Source of the DNA: Azolla caroliniana
Taxonomy: Eukaryota; Plantae; Polypodiophyta
Direction: 5' to 3'
NCBI GenBank assembly: GCA_043228905.1
Contig: JBHGNT010000018.1
Span: 4,278,001-4,342,000 of the forward strand
Length of the DNA: 64,000 nucleotides
The translations under genes were made by a program, and so were the position numbers. The notes beneath the pieces were generated by a model that had not been told where the DNA came from, ran no database searches, and saw nothing but the letters and a program-made list of their open reading frames with translations. The number at the start of each line of letters is the position of its first letter. The stretch's first letter is position 1. Shown piece after piece: positions 25,701 to 38,764 of the stretch.

Positions 25701-28207
25701 GGATGTATACCGCGGTCCTTACCGCCTCGGCCCAGTAGAACTTGGGCAAGCTCTTCTCCTCTAGCATTGCCCGTGCCGCTTCCACAACTGACCGATTCTT
25801 CCTCTCGGCCACGCCGTTCTGCTCTGGCGTGTATCTACAACTGAATTCACGCCGAATTCCCATTTGTTGTAGAAAACCGTTGAATTGACCAGAAAAGTAC
25901 TCTTTCCCGCCATCCGACCGTAGGCACTTGATCTTTCGTCCCGTTTCCGTTTCCACGAACCCTTTGAGGTCCTGGAAACAGTCGAAGACTTCGCTCTTCC
26001 TCTCAATGAGGTAGATCCACGTGTGCCGCGTGTGGTCGTCGATAAAGGAGACGAAATATCGGCTCCCGCCAAGACTAACGTTTTGTGCCGGCCCCCATAC
26101 ATCGGAGTGTATAAGGTCGAGCTTATTCCGGCTCCGGTTTTGCTCGTTGGGGAAAGGAAGTTGGTGTTGCTTCCCGAGCTGGCAGGCTTCACAAATTTGT
26201 GCCTTTCGGCCACTAAATTTGGGCAATCCGAACACTACCTGTTTGGATTGCAGATCTTGAAGCCGCTGGTAGTTGACGTGGCCTATCCGCTTGTGCCACA
26301 AGTCGATGTCCGACTCGGTTTTTCTTCCCTTCGCGAACATTGCGGTGCCGCCGTCAGTGGAGTCGAGGATGAACATCCTCCCGTCTCTGCGTCCTTGCGC
26401 AATCACACGGCCTTCTTCCTCAATGAAACACCCGAGGTGTGTAAACCGAACCTCCATCCCTTGGTCGACGATCTGTCCGACTGAGACCAAGTTCTTTGTG
26501 ATTGTCGGAACGTGCAGCACGTTCATGAGTTTCCCTTTCTGCCCGACATGGCTAAGGGGAACTTCTCCGACATTCGCGATCGGATGCGGAGTGTCGTCTC
26601 CAGTTGTGACTACTCCAGGTTGTATCGGTTTTTCAAGGTACGAGAACCACTCCTTATGACTCGTCATGTGGTTCGACGCGCCGGAGTCTACGTACCACAC
26701 CTCGTCCGATCTCGGGGTGGTCCATTTCATTGAGTTTGCTTCGTGTCTCGTCACGAAGACAGACCCTTCTCCGGCTCTCCCGGAGTCTTCGGCGTATTGC
26801 GATCGCTGCCGATTTTCCTTGTCAGTATGTCCGGAGCCGTTTCCGGAACCGGTTCTCTCCGAATCGGCACGCTTCTTCTAGCACTCACTTTCCCTGTGGC
26901 CTTTCTTGCCACAATACCAGCACTCCGCGATGGCCTTCCCTTGCCGGTTCTCATCGCTTCGACTCCCCCTGTTTCCGGAGGGTCCGGAGTTGCTGTTGGC
27001 ATCACTTCGGTGCCTTCTTCCTTGATCTCGTCGGCCGCCTCCATTGTGCGCCGACTCGCCTCGTCCTCCACGTCCACGGGGCCTATCTCCCTCCGTGTAC
27101 AACATTCTGTTGTCGGTGTGCGTGCTTGTAGATGCACCCGCGTGGTTCTCCTCTACCAGGAGCATTGACTGTAAGTCGAAAAAGGACGGCGTATTCTCCC
27201 GGGTACACACAACCGTTCGGAACGCTCCGAACTTCGACGCCAAACCTCCGAGACAGAGCTGGACCATCTCGCTCTCCTCGATGTTCACCTCTATGGAGGC
27301 GAGGGAGTCGCAGATATCCTTGATCTTCGAGGTATAGTCCGCCACCGACAAGTCGCGTTGTCGTAGGTTGTTCAACTCCTGTCGGAGCTGAAGCTTCCTG
27401 GCTATGGTGCTCGCGGCGAAAATCTTCTTCAGATTTTCCCACGCACCCTTCGGCGTCTTTGCATCCCGAACATAGCTCAATAGCTGTTCGCCCACACACG
27501 ACGCGAAGTAGTATAATACCCTGCTCGCCGATTGCTCCCACGACGGGAAGTCTCTGTGTGTCGATTCAAGTGCCGCGTCATTAGCTCCTTCGACATAACT
27601 CCAGTAGCCGTGCCCAACAGGTACTGGTGCATCTTGTAGGACCAAGACGCGTAGTTGGTTCTGTCGAGCTTCTCTGTTGGAAGCGAGCTCGCCATGCCTC
27701 TATCCATCGTTCTTCTTGTTCTTCTTCGTCAAGCTGTGTCGGCTGCAGAGAGGTTCTCAACCCTCGCGCTCTGATACCATGTAAAGAGTAACGTGCGGAA
27801 GCAAGTATGAAGACCGAACAGAAGGAAGAAAACACAGGTTTAATGGAGAGCTTGAGCTTACGCAATATACGCGGGAGAGACAAAGAGACAGAGAGAGTGA
27901 TAGAGAGAAAATACAAGAACTATATTCAACAAGAAAAAAACTCGATTCACTACTCTATACACATGTGTGTTCCATGAACACTTTTATACAAGTCCTCGAA
28001 GGATTGACCGAAGTACTGATCGTACTTCAATGCTCATTAAGAGCTCCTACACTAACTCCCAAATATATTCCTCACGGAATATCTTTCCTAACGGCCTCCC
28101 GGTTTACGCACTCGGCCTAACCGATCGGTCCCAACCGATCGGTCCCAACCGATCCGGTCCTCGGCTTCTTCCGCCGATCCGGCCGATGTTGAGCTTGTCT
28201 CTCAACA
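22733..28207 (-). mobile_element. Copia-4: Ty1/Copia element of the Copia-1 family, innermost insertion
   Basis: LTRs 27780-28207 (5') and 22733-23137 (3'); perfect TSD ATAAT; PBS 27768-27779; gag starts MDRGMASSL, as in Copia-1. Confidence 0.95.
23132..27707 (-). pseudogene. Copia-4 gag-pol with a few stops/frameshifts and a C-terminal extension
   Basis: ORFs 27477, 26878, 24844 (636 aa PR-IN-RT), 24568, 23677 and 23132. Confidence 0.93.
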
Positions 28208-28212
28208 ATAAT

Positions 28213-30049
28213 GAACTCCGATGAGATTCGAACCCACCCGGCAAAGAGCCGGTTGACACTCGAGGAACCAGCCGGTTATGGTGAGGATACCGAACCGACA
28301 GAAGAAGAAGTAGAGGAAGCTGAAATCGGAACCGGCCAAGACCCCGAATCGGATTCGGATGAAGAACAAATAGAGGAGCCGGTTGCCGAAAGCCAAAGAC
28401 GAAGATATCCTCTCAGAGAGCGAAGGGCCCCCCGGAGATATCCGGATGCAGAGCATGTGCTGCTGACCGATGAGGGGGAGTCGGAAAGCTTCGAAGAAGC
28501 GAAGGATGACACCCATAGCCGCAAATGGTTGAGTGCCATGCAGGACGAGATGGATTCCTTGAATGAGAACCACATATATGAATTGGTGGAGTTGCCGAAA
28601 GGAAAGAGGGCACTTCGAAACAAGTGGGTGTACAAATTGAAACTAGGAGATGCCGACAACCCTCCAAGGTACAAAGCCAGGATCGTGGTGAAGGGGTTCC
28701 AACAGAAGAAGGGTGCGGACTTCGACGAGATATTTGCCCCTGTAGTAAAGATGACTTCCATCCGGACGGTGCTGAGCATAGCGGCAAGCATGCACCTCGA
28801 GGTAGAGCAGTTAGACGTGAAGACAACGTTTCTCCACGGCGACCTCGAAGAGGAGATCTACATGCAGCACTTGGAGGGATTTGTGAAGAAAGGGAAGGAG
28901 CACCTGGTTTGCCGGTTAAAAAAGAGCCTCTACGGGTTGAAGCAGCCTCCCTGGCAATGTTATCGGAAGTTCGACTCCTTCATGACCGATCAAGGGTAAC
29001 ACAAGACGCAGGCCGATCACTGCGTATTTGTGAAGAAGTTCGAAGGTGGAGACTTCCTGATACTCCTCTTGTACGTGGACGACATGTTGATCGTCAGATG
29101 AGACCAAGTCAAGATACAGATGCTAAAGAAGGCCTTGAACCAGACCTTCTCAATGAAAGACTTGGGTCCAGCAAGACAGATGCTGGGGATGTATATCATC
29201 CAGGACCGACCAACGAAGCAATTGTGGCTGTCATAGGAGAAGTACGTGACAAAGGTGCTGCAACGGTTCAACATGTCAGATGCGAAACCGGTCGGATCGA
29301 CACTTCCGACAAACTGCAGGTTATCCGGTAAGCAAAGCCTGAAGACGAAGGCAGAGAAGGCGGATATGATGAAGATACCATATGCCTCTGCCGTTGGGAG
29401 CCTAATGCACGCAATGGTGTGTACCTGACCGGATATCGGATATGTAGTCGGAGTGGTGAGCTGGTTTATGAGCAATCCTGGCAAGGAGCACTGGAATGAG
29501 GTAAAATGGATACTCTGATACTTGAAAGGCACCTCAAGTATGTGTCTCCGATTTGGCTCCGGTAAACCCCAACTTGACGGTTTCACCGATTCAGATATGT
29601 CGGTTGATGCCGATACCAACCGGTCAACATCTGGATATGTCATGACATATGCGGGGGGAGCTGTTTCGTGGCAATTGAGGCTGCAGAAGACGGTTACGTT
29701 GTCAACCACAAAAGCGGGGTACATGGCGGCTGTGGAAGCCGACAAGGAAATACTATGGATGAAGGACTTCATTGAAGAGCTAGGGATCTGGCATGAGGAA
29801 TACCGCCTCTATTGCGACAATCAAAGTGTCATCCACCTTGCGAAGAATGCAGCGTACCATTCCAGGACGAAGCACATCCAACAGAGGTACCACTGGATTC
29901 AGGAGCGAGTAGAAGACCAAGAGTTCGTGCTGACGAAGATCCACACGGAGGAGAACAGGTCGGATATGCTGACTAAGGTGTTGACGCCCGACAAGCTAGA
30001 CGCATGTCGGAAGCGGATCGGATTGATGAGGCATCCCATGCCGGAGTGA
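28213..30049 (+). pseudogene. Copia-3 RT-RNase H, disrupted
   Basis: ORFs 28211 and 29522: YKARIVVKGF, QLDVKTTFLHG, YCDNQS, SDMLTK. Confidence 0.9.
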
Positions 30050-30773
30050 AGGGGGAGTTTGTTGGATCTCGGTCCCTCCGGATGGGATATGAAGGCCCGA
30101 CATCGAAAGACCCGGTGAGAACCGAATGTGGAGTACCCGGCAAGGAAGACCCGGTGAGAACCGGATGATGCAGACCCGGTGAGAACCAGATGTGGAGTAC
30201 CTGGCAAAGGAAGACTTGGTGAGAACTGAATGATGAGTACCCGGCAAGGAAGACCCGGTGAGAACCGGATGTTGCAGGCTCGGTGAGAACCTCTCACCGG
30301 ATGAAGGGACATATATGTAGATATGTTTCTGAGAGCCCATTGGGGCTATATCTGTAAATAGTCCTAATGTCATATTAGTATAAATGTGACCTAGGGCAAA
30401 CAATGTGTATGATGATGATCATAGTTGCTGTTATTTTTTGTATAGCGTAATTCGTGTAACGACTGTACTGAGAGAGAGAGAGAGAGAGCGATACAGAGCA
30501 TGTCTTTGTTGTAATCGCTTCCAGGCGAAGATTGTGAGCAAGAGGTCGTTACCTCTGTGCTCCATGTTGTACTCTTTGACATAGTGATAGTTTGGAGTCT
30601 GTGGACTCCCGTGGTTTTTCCCTCTCAGGGTCTTCCACGTTAACATCCTGTGTATTCTCTTTTTCTGTTTGTGTACTTACCTCCATTCCCATTTCTTCTG
30701 TGTTTGATTGTCATCAAGTGATCTACGCTTCGGTTGTGGCCGGAGACTATTCCACATATTTTGCATCAGCACA

Positions 30774-31313
30774 TTGGGAGGCTGTCAAGTGTGTTTTCAG
30801 GTATCTTAAAGGTACACAGAGAAAATGTTTATGCTATGGGAAGGGTGCATTAAATTTGTAGGGATATTGTGATGTAGACATGGTAGGTGACTTGGATACA
30901 TGTAAGTCTACTAGCGGGTATATATTTACAATTGCTGGTGGAGCAGTGTCTTGGTGCTCCAAATTGCAAAAATTGTAGCATTGAGTACTACTGAAGCTGA
31001 ATATATTTCAGCTACAGAAGCTTCAAAGGAAGCTATATGGTTCAACAAACTTGGTGAAGATCTTGGCATGTCTGTTAGTACTCTTGTGTTAGGATGTGAT
31101 CGCCAAAGTGCTATGTATCTGGCTAAGAATGCCATGTTTCATTTGTGCACCAAACACATTGATGTGCGACATCACTTTATTAGACAAGTTTTGGAGGATG
31201 GTCTAGTCACATTGACCAAGATCAAAACACAGGATAATCCTGCAGATATTCTCACTAAAAGTCTTTGCAAAGCTCAACATGAGCATTGCATACAATTAGT
31301 GGGAGTTACTTGA
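30774..31313 (+). pseudogene. Copia-2 RT end/RNase H remainder
   Basis: HWEAVK..FRYLKGT, ALSTTEAEY, TKHIDVRHHF, NPADILTK. Confidence 0.9.
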
Positions 31314-31684
31314 ATGTTCACATCGGACCTTTAAGTGGGAGGTTGTTAGGTGTAAAGGCCCGTAGTTCACAAATTAGGTAATTATTCGTATATGTGAACA
31401 AATTGTTCACCTGGACAAGACACCTCCTTTTGTAATGTGAACACACCACTTTCTTTGTAAGGTTAACTAATATAATAACCTTTTTTTTCTTGTGTACTAA
31501 TTAAGGCGGTTGGGTACACCAAAGATCTGCGTGTCTCTACTCTCATCTCTACTACAGTCCTGTTTTGCTAAACGTCATCTCTCAATAGCTGATCAGTCAA
31601 ACATCCCTCTTTACCTTTAGGTATGATCTACAACATCAACAAATTCCGGCATTATCTACTCGGACGGAAATTTACGTTTCACGT

Positions 31685-32255
31685 TGTCTTGAAGATTTTT
31701 GGCTATAGTGTGAAGTCGGTGGTGTGCAACATGTGTGCATGTATAGTAGGAAACAATGTATAGAATAAAGGGGAGTATTTGTCCCACATTGTAACTCCCA
31801 CCCCTCCTTGGTCTATAAAAGGAGGGAGGGGGTCCCTTGTTGAAGGGTTGCCCATTTTGTGTTAGCAGTTTCTCTTATTCTTGCTTCGTTCTAGGGTTTC
31901 GTCTTGGTTTTCATCTTGGTAGTTTCCTTTATTTTCTTCTTCTTCTTCTTCGTCGTCGTCATGTGGGTTGAGAGTTTGTGTCTAATTAGGGTTTGCTTCT
32001 GCTTGGTCCCCTGTGCAAGACCCCACTCGGCGCGACGAGCCCGAGAGCTCCCCGATCGGCGGCTTGGTAGCAGACTGCTGTTGTAACCTACCTTACCTTG
32101 GTCCGGCTCAAAGCTGGGGTTGTATCTTTTCCCTTGTAATATATATACTCATATCTGTTTGTGTATATTGGTGTATTTGGTGGTGTCGGGAGCATAGCCC
32201 CTTGTTTCCTGTGCATAAGAGTTGGTGTCGCGCACATGCTCTCTCTTTCTCTTTC

Positions 32256-32314
<59 letters not shown>

Positions 32315-33500
32315 GTTCGGTTGCCTCCGGGACGTGTCCGGAGTCGGTTTCTTGGCATCCCTTCTCCCTCGTCCGAGACCCCCGTGCTCCCGCCCCTTCT
32401 ACACGCACGCGCGTAGTAACGCGACATCTTTGGTGAACCCGATGTGAAGGGCGGCAAGGGAGGATGGAGTTTGAGGCCGAAGACTTCGAGAAGGAGAGTT
32501 GAGAAGCGGCGCATCGAGATGGGCAAGGTCGAAGAAGTCGACCGTTACAACGGGGACGGAGTCCCACGAGTTTCATCAAAGGCTCGAACGTCCAACCTAA
32601 AGAGTAGGAGCTCCGAGCAGCTCACAGAGCGTGGTCACCCAGAAGTAAAACAAAGGTGGCGTGCAACGACACAACATCACAACAAGAAGGGGACGCGCAG
32701 ACAAGAAGGCCGTGGTCGAGCCGGAGGCCAAGCGGGGCACGATGGTGCAGATACAGGAGAGGGTGTGGGACGAGCCGCCCTCTTTTAAATGGGGAGAAAG
32801 ACCGACCGAGCGAAGGTCGGGAATCGAGGTTGAAATGATCGAGAGTACGGAAAGAGTCTGGTAGGATCGACATCAGAGCCGAAACTCCGGACATTGGAGA
32901 ATCAAGCCTAGGCAGGGTTTGATTGATCACAAAGCATATGCTTTCCACCGACACCACTAAAAGGGTCGATGGTATGAGAGAAGTCATCAGGGGTCGTTAT
33001 GAAATCGGTATCCCCACATCTTGACCAGAGACTTTGACAGTTCGGCTGGCGTGGCAACGTGAGACCGAAAGAGAAGGGAGATGATGGGGAAGCGCAAGAA
33101 GGGGATCGACGGCGGTAGGGAGGAACGAAAGAGGCAGTTGACTGAAGTATGGGTCCTCCACACTCGTTCCCGAGACTTAGGTGGTTGCATCCGGGAACCA
33201 ACGGAAGACCTAAGAGACGAAAAGTGGCAGCGAGGACACGGAGGTCACGGCCAATACAACCGATCCGGAAGCGGTGGAACGAAGACCGGTCCTCTGGGTC
33301 ACCTCACACCGGGCTAGAGACTTCGGTGGTTGGCATCGGGTCCGACGTAAGAACAAGATACTGACAATGGCGATAGGAGAACGGGACCCGGCAATCCAGA
33401 GAATGACGAACGGAACGAACAAATGATGTCGCGAAGATTCACGCGTGCGTGTGCTACTCGAGCGACCACCGGGGTCTTGGACTGGGAAGGATGTTTGCAG
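31685..33500 (+). mobile_element. Gypsy-2 (superfamily tentative): truncated LTR element with tRNA-Trp PBS, inserted in Gypsy-1 RNase H
   Basis: LTR-like 31685-32426 (TGTC..GACA, CTATAAAAGG, (CT)n); TGGTGAACCCGATGTGAA at 32431-32448; decayed gag-like sequence follows. No 3' LTR; right end approximate. Confidence 0.7.
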
Positions 33501-33861
33501 AATTATCGAAGAGATGACGATCAATGTAAGATTAGATGAAATTTGTTTACTTGAGAAAAAGAAAGATTGTACACTCGAGAAGTAGAAAAATATGAAGAAG
33601 ATAAAGACAAATATAATTATATTGATGATAGTGGTGTTGGTGATATCACATATTGAGCCCCCCTTACACAAGCTCAAGTAAAGGCTTTTATAGGTCTTTC
33701 CATGCTTGCAACATGCACAAAACCATGGTTTTGTGCACACGGTTTTGTGCACACGATTTTGCACACGGGTTTAGAATCATGGTTTTGTGCATATGGTTTT
33801 CTATGGTTGTTTCATCTATAATTCATATATGAAAAGTAAATACATAATATCTACACTATAT

Positions 33862-33932
33862 GATAGTTGTCCTAGTGGTAAGGCAATTATCTTGTATCTT
33901 AGAGGTGCAAGGTTCAAACCTTGCTTGCACCC
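33862..33932 (+). other. tRNA-derived (SINE-head-like) sequence
   Basis: A-box-like TGTCCTAGTGGTAAG and B-box GGTTCAAACC within a perfect GCAAGG/CCTTGC stem. Confidence 0.5.
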
Positions 33933-34193
33933 CTCTGTATGAACTCAAGTGCCACTAGGCCTTAGGAGGCTTATTTGCTAAGTGTATGTGTAATGTTGCA
34001 CATCCTTGGTTTATTCGTCTCACTCGGTTTCACACCGTAGCCGAAAATCGTCTCGACACCGCGTCCCCATGACAACACGGAAACCGATGCACCGGCTGAG
34101 CGTACCAACGGAGCACCTACGGACATCACGCCGTGTCTGGTGCACGACGAATGAACTGAGCCGAACATCCTCGACATTTTGGGTGACGAATAG

Positions 34194-34243
34194 GAAGCGG
34201 ATGGGTTCAACATGCCATGGCACTATTCCACAGGCGTGCCAGG
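34194..34243 (+). other. tRNA-3'-half-like motif at the PPT position of Gypsy-1
   Basis: ATGGGTTCAACATGCCATGGCACTATTCCACAGGCGTGCCA + GG + LTR. Confidence 0.7.
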
Positions 34244-34691
34244 TGTTGTCCATCGGAATTGTAACCGCCAAACATAACACATGGATTATTATATTAGGAG
34301 CATTAAAGTAATGCGTGTAACGGTTGTACGCAGGGAGTGTAACTGATTAGAAGCCCTGTGTAGATAAAGGGAGAGAAACCATTGTAAAGGGCTAGCGTAT
34401 TATGAGAGTGCCGTTTTAATATAGTTTATCTTCTCTGATCTTGGTGTTTTGTCTATTGGCCTATTGGTCTCTTGTTTCCGTGTCTTGTTCTTTGTACAAG
34501 ACTGTGTTGCAGTAAACACAAGGTAAGTATGCATTGGGTGCTACGCCCCTATGGAGGTTAGGTTGTAGCCGTCTTAGCCTTATGCCCTACAAATCACACA
34601 CTACGCATCCCTATTCCCTTGCACCATGATCACCCTGTAAGCTACCCCGTAGGACTGAGGGTGTCTTGTGTTCCTAACCGGTAACAGTAGT

Positions 34692-37600
34692 ACCTGCTCG
34701 GGCATGGTTACTGGAGTTATGTCGACGGAGGTAATGATATATCACCTGGTGCGACACACATGAACTTCCTGACTTGGGAACAAGTGGCAAGTAGAGTTAT
34801 GTACTGCTTTGCGTCTAGTGTCGGTGATCAGTTGCTGAGCCATATCCGGGATGCCAAGACACCGAAGGAAGCTTGGGGAAACGTCAAGAAGGTCTTTGCC
34901 GCGAGCACCACGACACGGAAGCTGCAACTCCGATAGGAGTTGAGCAATGTCTAACAGAAGGACATGTTCGTGGCCGACTATACGGCCCGAATCAAAGACA
35001 TTTGCGACTCACTTGCCTCTATCAACGTAACCGTCGAGGAAGATGAGATGGTGCAGGTTTTTCTAGGGGGCCCGATGACAAAGTTCGGAGCATTCCGGAC
35101 CACGGTTTGTACAAGGGAGAATACGCCCTCGTTTTTCGACTTACATTCGATGCTCCTAGTAGAGGAGAACCACGCGGGTGTGTCAACAAGCATGCACACC
35201 GATGACAAGATGATGTACACGGAGGTGGATCGGGCCCGTGGTTGTGGCAGACGAGGCGGATCAGCACGTGGTGGAAGCCGCCGACAAGAGCTGCACCGAA
35301 GGCACAAGGATGGTGCTGACAATAGTTCTGGAGCCTCCGGAAGCAGGAGGAGTCAAAGTGGTGCTTGAAACCAGCAAGAGAAGACCGTGATGGACTGTTG
35401 GTACTATGGCCGAAAGGGCCAAAGAGAGTGAGTGCTAGAAGAAGCGCGCCGATTCGGAAAAATCCGGATTCGGTAAGGCCGGACAGGGAAGCAAACAAAG
35501 CTCGCACTACGCGGAGGGATCGGAAGGATTCGGTTCCGGAAATGGAACATGCATAGCCTTTGTGATGGAACATGCTAATTCAACGAAGACAAACACCTCG
35601 AAACCGAATGAGGTATGGTACGTTGATTCCGGAGCGTCAAACCATATGACAAGCCACGCGGACTGGTTTGCTTATCTAGAAAAACTGGAACAACCGGGGG
35701 TGGTCGAAACCGGAGACGACACCTCGCATACCATCCAACACATCGGAGAGGTTCCCCTCAACCATGTCGGGCCGAAGGGAAAGTTGATGAACATCTTGCA
35801 CGTCCCGACAATCACAAAGAATATTATGTCAATCGGACAGATTTTCGATCAAGGGATGACGGTTTGGTTCACGCACTTCGAGTGTTCCATCGAAGAGGAG
35901 GGCAAAGTCATCGCGCAAGGGCGCAAAAAAGGGAGGATGTTCATCCTCAACACCAACGATGTCGGCATCGCTTTGTTCACAAAAGGACAGAAGGTCGAAT
36001 TCGATATCGACCTGTGGCACAAGCGGATCGACCACGTCAACTATCAGAGGCTTCAAGACATGCAATCGAAACAAGTTGTTTTCGGAGTGCCAAAATTCAG
36101 TGACCGGAAGGCCCAAATTTGTGAAGCATGCTAGCTCGGGAAGCAACACCAGCTTCCGTTCCCCACTGAAAGAAATCGGTGCCGTATCAAGCTTGATCTA
36201 ATAAATTTGTGGATGTATGGGGATCGATAGTCTTGGCGGGAGCCGATATTTCGTCTTCTTCATCGATGACTACAGTTGACACACATGGATCTACGTGATC
36301 GAAAGGAAAAGCGAAGTTTTTGACTGTTTCCGGAACCTACAAAACCTTGTGGAACAAGAAACGGAGAGGAAGATCAATTGCTGGTGTAGTTATCTGTAGC
36401 AGAAAGGAATTCAGAGGGAATTCAGCTGCCGATACACACAAAAACAAAACAGTGTGGCTGAAAGAACTAGTCAATTGTGTAGGAGGCACGAACAATGATG
36501 GAAGAGAAGAGCATGCCCAAATTGTATTGGGCCGAAGCGGTTCGGACGACTGTCTACATCCAAAACCGGATTGGGGATAAGGTGTCAGCACAAGAGCTGT
36601 ATTTCGGGCGGAAGCCGAATTTAAGGCACCTTAAGATATTCGGTTGCATTGCATATGTGCATGTGCCGGATGAGAAGCGGAGAAAGTTGGACCCGAAGTC
36701 AGAGAAATGCATCCTTGTCGGCAACTCACATGAGCAAAAGGGTTATAAGTGCTATAACCCCCAAACAAAACAAGTTCGAGTGAGCCGAGATGTCGAATTT
36801 GATGAGTCGGCATCATGGTACTCTCTCCCAACTCCGATGTCCAACCCCGACCCGATTTCGGAGGATGAGGCTAGTGAGCCTGAAACGATCCGAGCAGAAG
36901 ATGAAGAAGGATTCGGTACTCTAGATTAGAGTCCGATCTCATTTCGGCTGAGCGGGCCAAATGAAGCACTGAGTCGGAAGGACCAGCAAGATGATGAGCC
37001 GACGAGTAGCGAAGACTAGGTTGTGCTCTCCCCACGTGAGGAACCAAGGAGGCGGTTCACACACAAGGAAAAGGGGAAGAAGAAGATGTTGGAATAGGAC
37101 ACCAGTAGAGACAAGTCGGATCGGAGCGAATCCGACTCTGGATAGAACGAAGACGGACCTTCGAAGATGAAGTCTGAGTCGGCCAAGAAGGCCAAGGAAT
37201 TGGTGGAGAAGAAACTACGCCGATCAACCCCCCAAAAGAACCCCATCAATCGGTATGGTTATAACGAGTACATGACGCATCACTATGTGTACATGACGAA
37301 AGTGGCAACAGTGCGTGTGCCGGAGAGCTACACAAAAGCAGCAAAGAACATAAATTGGCGTGCCGCTATGGAGGAAGAGATGCACGCACTCACGGAAAAT
37401 GAGACGTGGGATTTAGTGGACGTACCAAAAGGAATGAAGCCGATGGGTTGCCGATGGGTATACAAGGTTAAATACAACACCGACGGCTCCGTCAATTGGT
37501 ACAAAAGGCTACATGCAGCATCACGACATTGATTATGATGAGACGTTTGCACCGGTCACAAAGATGACGACCGTCAGTGTCTTGCTTGCGGTGGCAACAA

Positions 37601-37711
37601 CGAAGGGCGTGGCATCTACATCAGATGGATGTAAAGAACGCGTTCCTCCAAGGTGACCTTGAGGAATAGGTGTTTATGGTTCAACCCCCCGGATTTCAGT
37701 CCGGAGTGAAC
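34692..37711 (+). pseudogene. Copia-1 gag-protease-integrase-RT(N-term), disrupted
   Basis: ORFs 34964, 35562, 36495 and 37167 are homologous to the Copia-4 polyprotein; multiple stops and frameshifts. Confidence 0.88.
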
Positions 37712-38764
37712 ACATTAGATGAATGTAAAGAACACGTTCCTCCAAGGTGACCGTAAAGGTTCCGTTCACCCCTACACCGTGCTTTCGAAAAGGCGATCGT
37801 AAAGGAGAGGATAATGTCACATACATGACGACAATTATGTCAAGATTTGAACTCTTGACCTGTTGTATTATAGTCAAGTGTTATATTGTAACCAACACAT
37901 CCAAGTACATAATCGTGTTATGTATATCTTCATAGATTATTTATTCACGTTCTAGGAGTTTTTAGAAAGTTCTAGAACTAGACGGTTCTAGAATATTCTC
38001 CAAAATATTCTCAAGAATATTCTAATGCATGTACTTCAACTCAGAGTATAAATACTTGTAACCTCCTTGGTCCCTTTCAAGGGATTCAACACTAGTCATT
38101 GACACATCAATTTAGTATTCTCGTTTCGCTTCATCTTTGTTTCATTGATCTTTATCTCTGCCACGGTTGGTGTATCTGTGATAGTTGGAATCACTTCCAA
38201 TTGGAAGCACCACCCGTCTTCGTCATCGCCTTTGGTTTTAGAGTTACCATCATCATCGTCCTTACTTCCGGAGTTACCTTCATCAACATCCTTGTCTTCA
38301 ACATCATCATGTGCAACACTTCTTCGCTCAATCATTGTCGTCATGAACACTACTTGGCATCATTTTGCATCATGGGTTTGGTGAGGAGTGCTTTCGATCG
38401 CTCACCTTCCCAATTCCGGTGGGGGTCACAACTGCTCACTTTCATGGTGGGGATTGGATCATTGCTCGCTTGCACTGCATTATCGTTATAATTCACGTCT
38501 CGCGCCACTTTCTGTTGGCGAGGACCGATTTTGATCGCTCACCTTCTAGTTTCGGTGGGGGTCACAACCGCTCACTTTTCTGGTGGGGATCACGTGGGTT
38601 TCTCACTATTGCTACTGTTTGTGCCATGTCTTGGGTCAACCTCGACTATTTACCCTCTCATAATAGAAGAACTCGAGTTGACCGCTTCACTTGCACTCCT
38701 TTGCCTGTTGTTGTTCTAGTTCTCAGTGAGGGCCGCATGACCGGTCACACACGTTCGTGTTTTC

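Larger units (their letters stand above)
19840..30768 (+). mobile_element. Copia-3: Ty1/Copia element inserted in Copia-2 RT
   Basis: LTRs 19840-~20585 (3' end deleted) and 30060-30768; perfect TSD GCACA; PPT GAGTGAAGGGGGAG; gag-pol 20586-22732 and 28213-30049. Confidence 0.93.
15770..31619 (+). mobile_element. Copia-2: Ty1/Copia element with 276-bp TG..TA LTRs
   Basis: LTRs 15770-16045 and 31344-31619; perfect TSD GGTAT; PBS TGGTATCAGAGCC at 16048; PPT AAGTGGGAGG; gag-pol 16217-19839 resuming at 30774-31313. Confidence 0.93.
11515..34686 (+). mobile_element. Gypsy-1: non-chromovirus Ty3/Gypsy element (Athila/Phygy-like), integrase deleted
   Basis: LTRs 11515-11964 and 34244-34686; flanks CTAGT/GTAGT (TSD with 1 mismatch); PBS-like TGGCACACCTGGTG at 11969. 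Gag, protease (IVDGGSGVNVI), RT (SFLDGF..YNQ, VFLDDF) and RNase H (FHVFVDA) are present; RNase H resumes at 31625-31684. Confidence 0.88.

Noticed and set aside
33862-33932. Functional tRNA gene
   Set aside because: Acceptor and anticodon stems do not pair; kept only as tRNA-derived.
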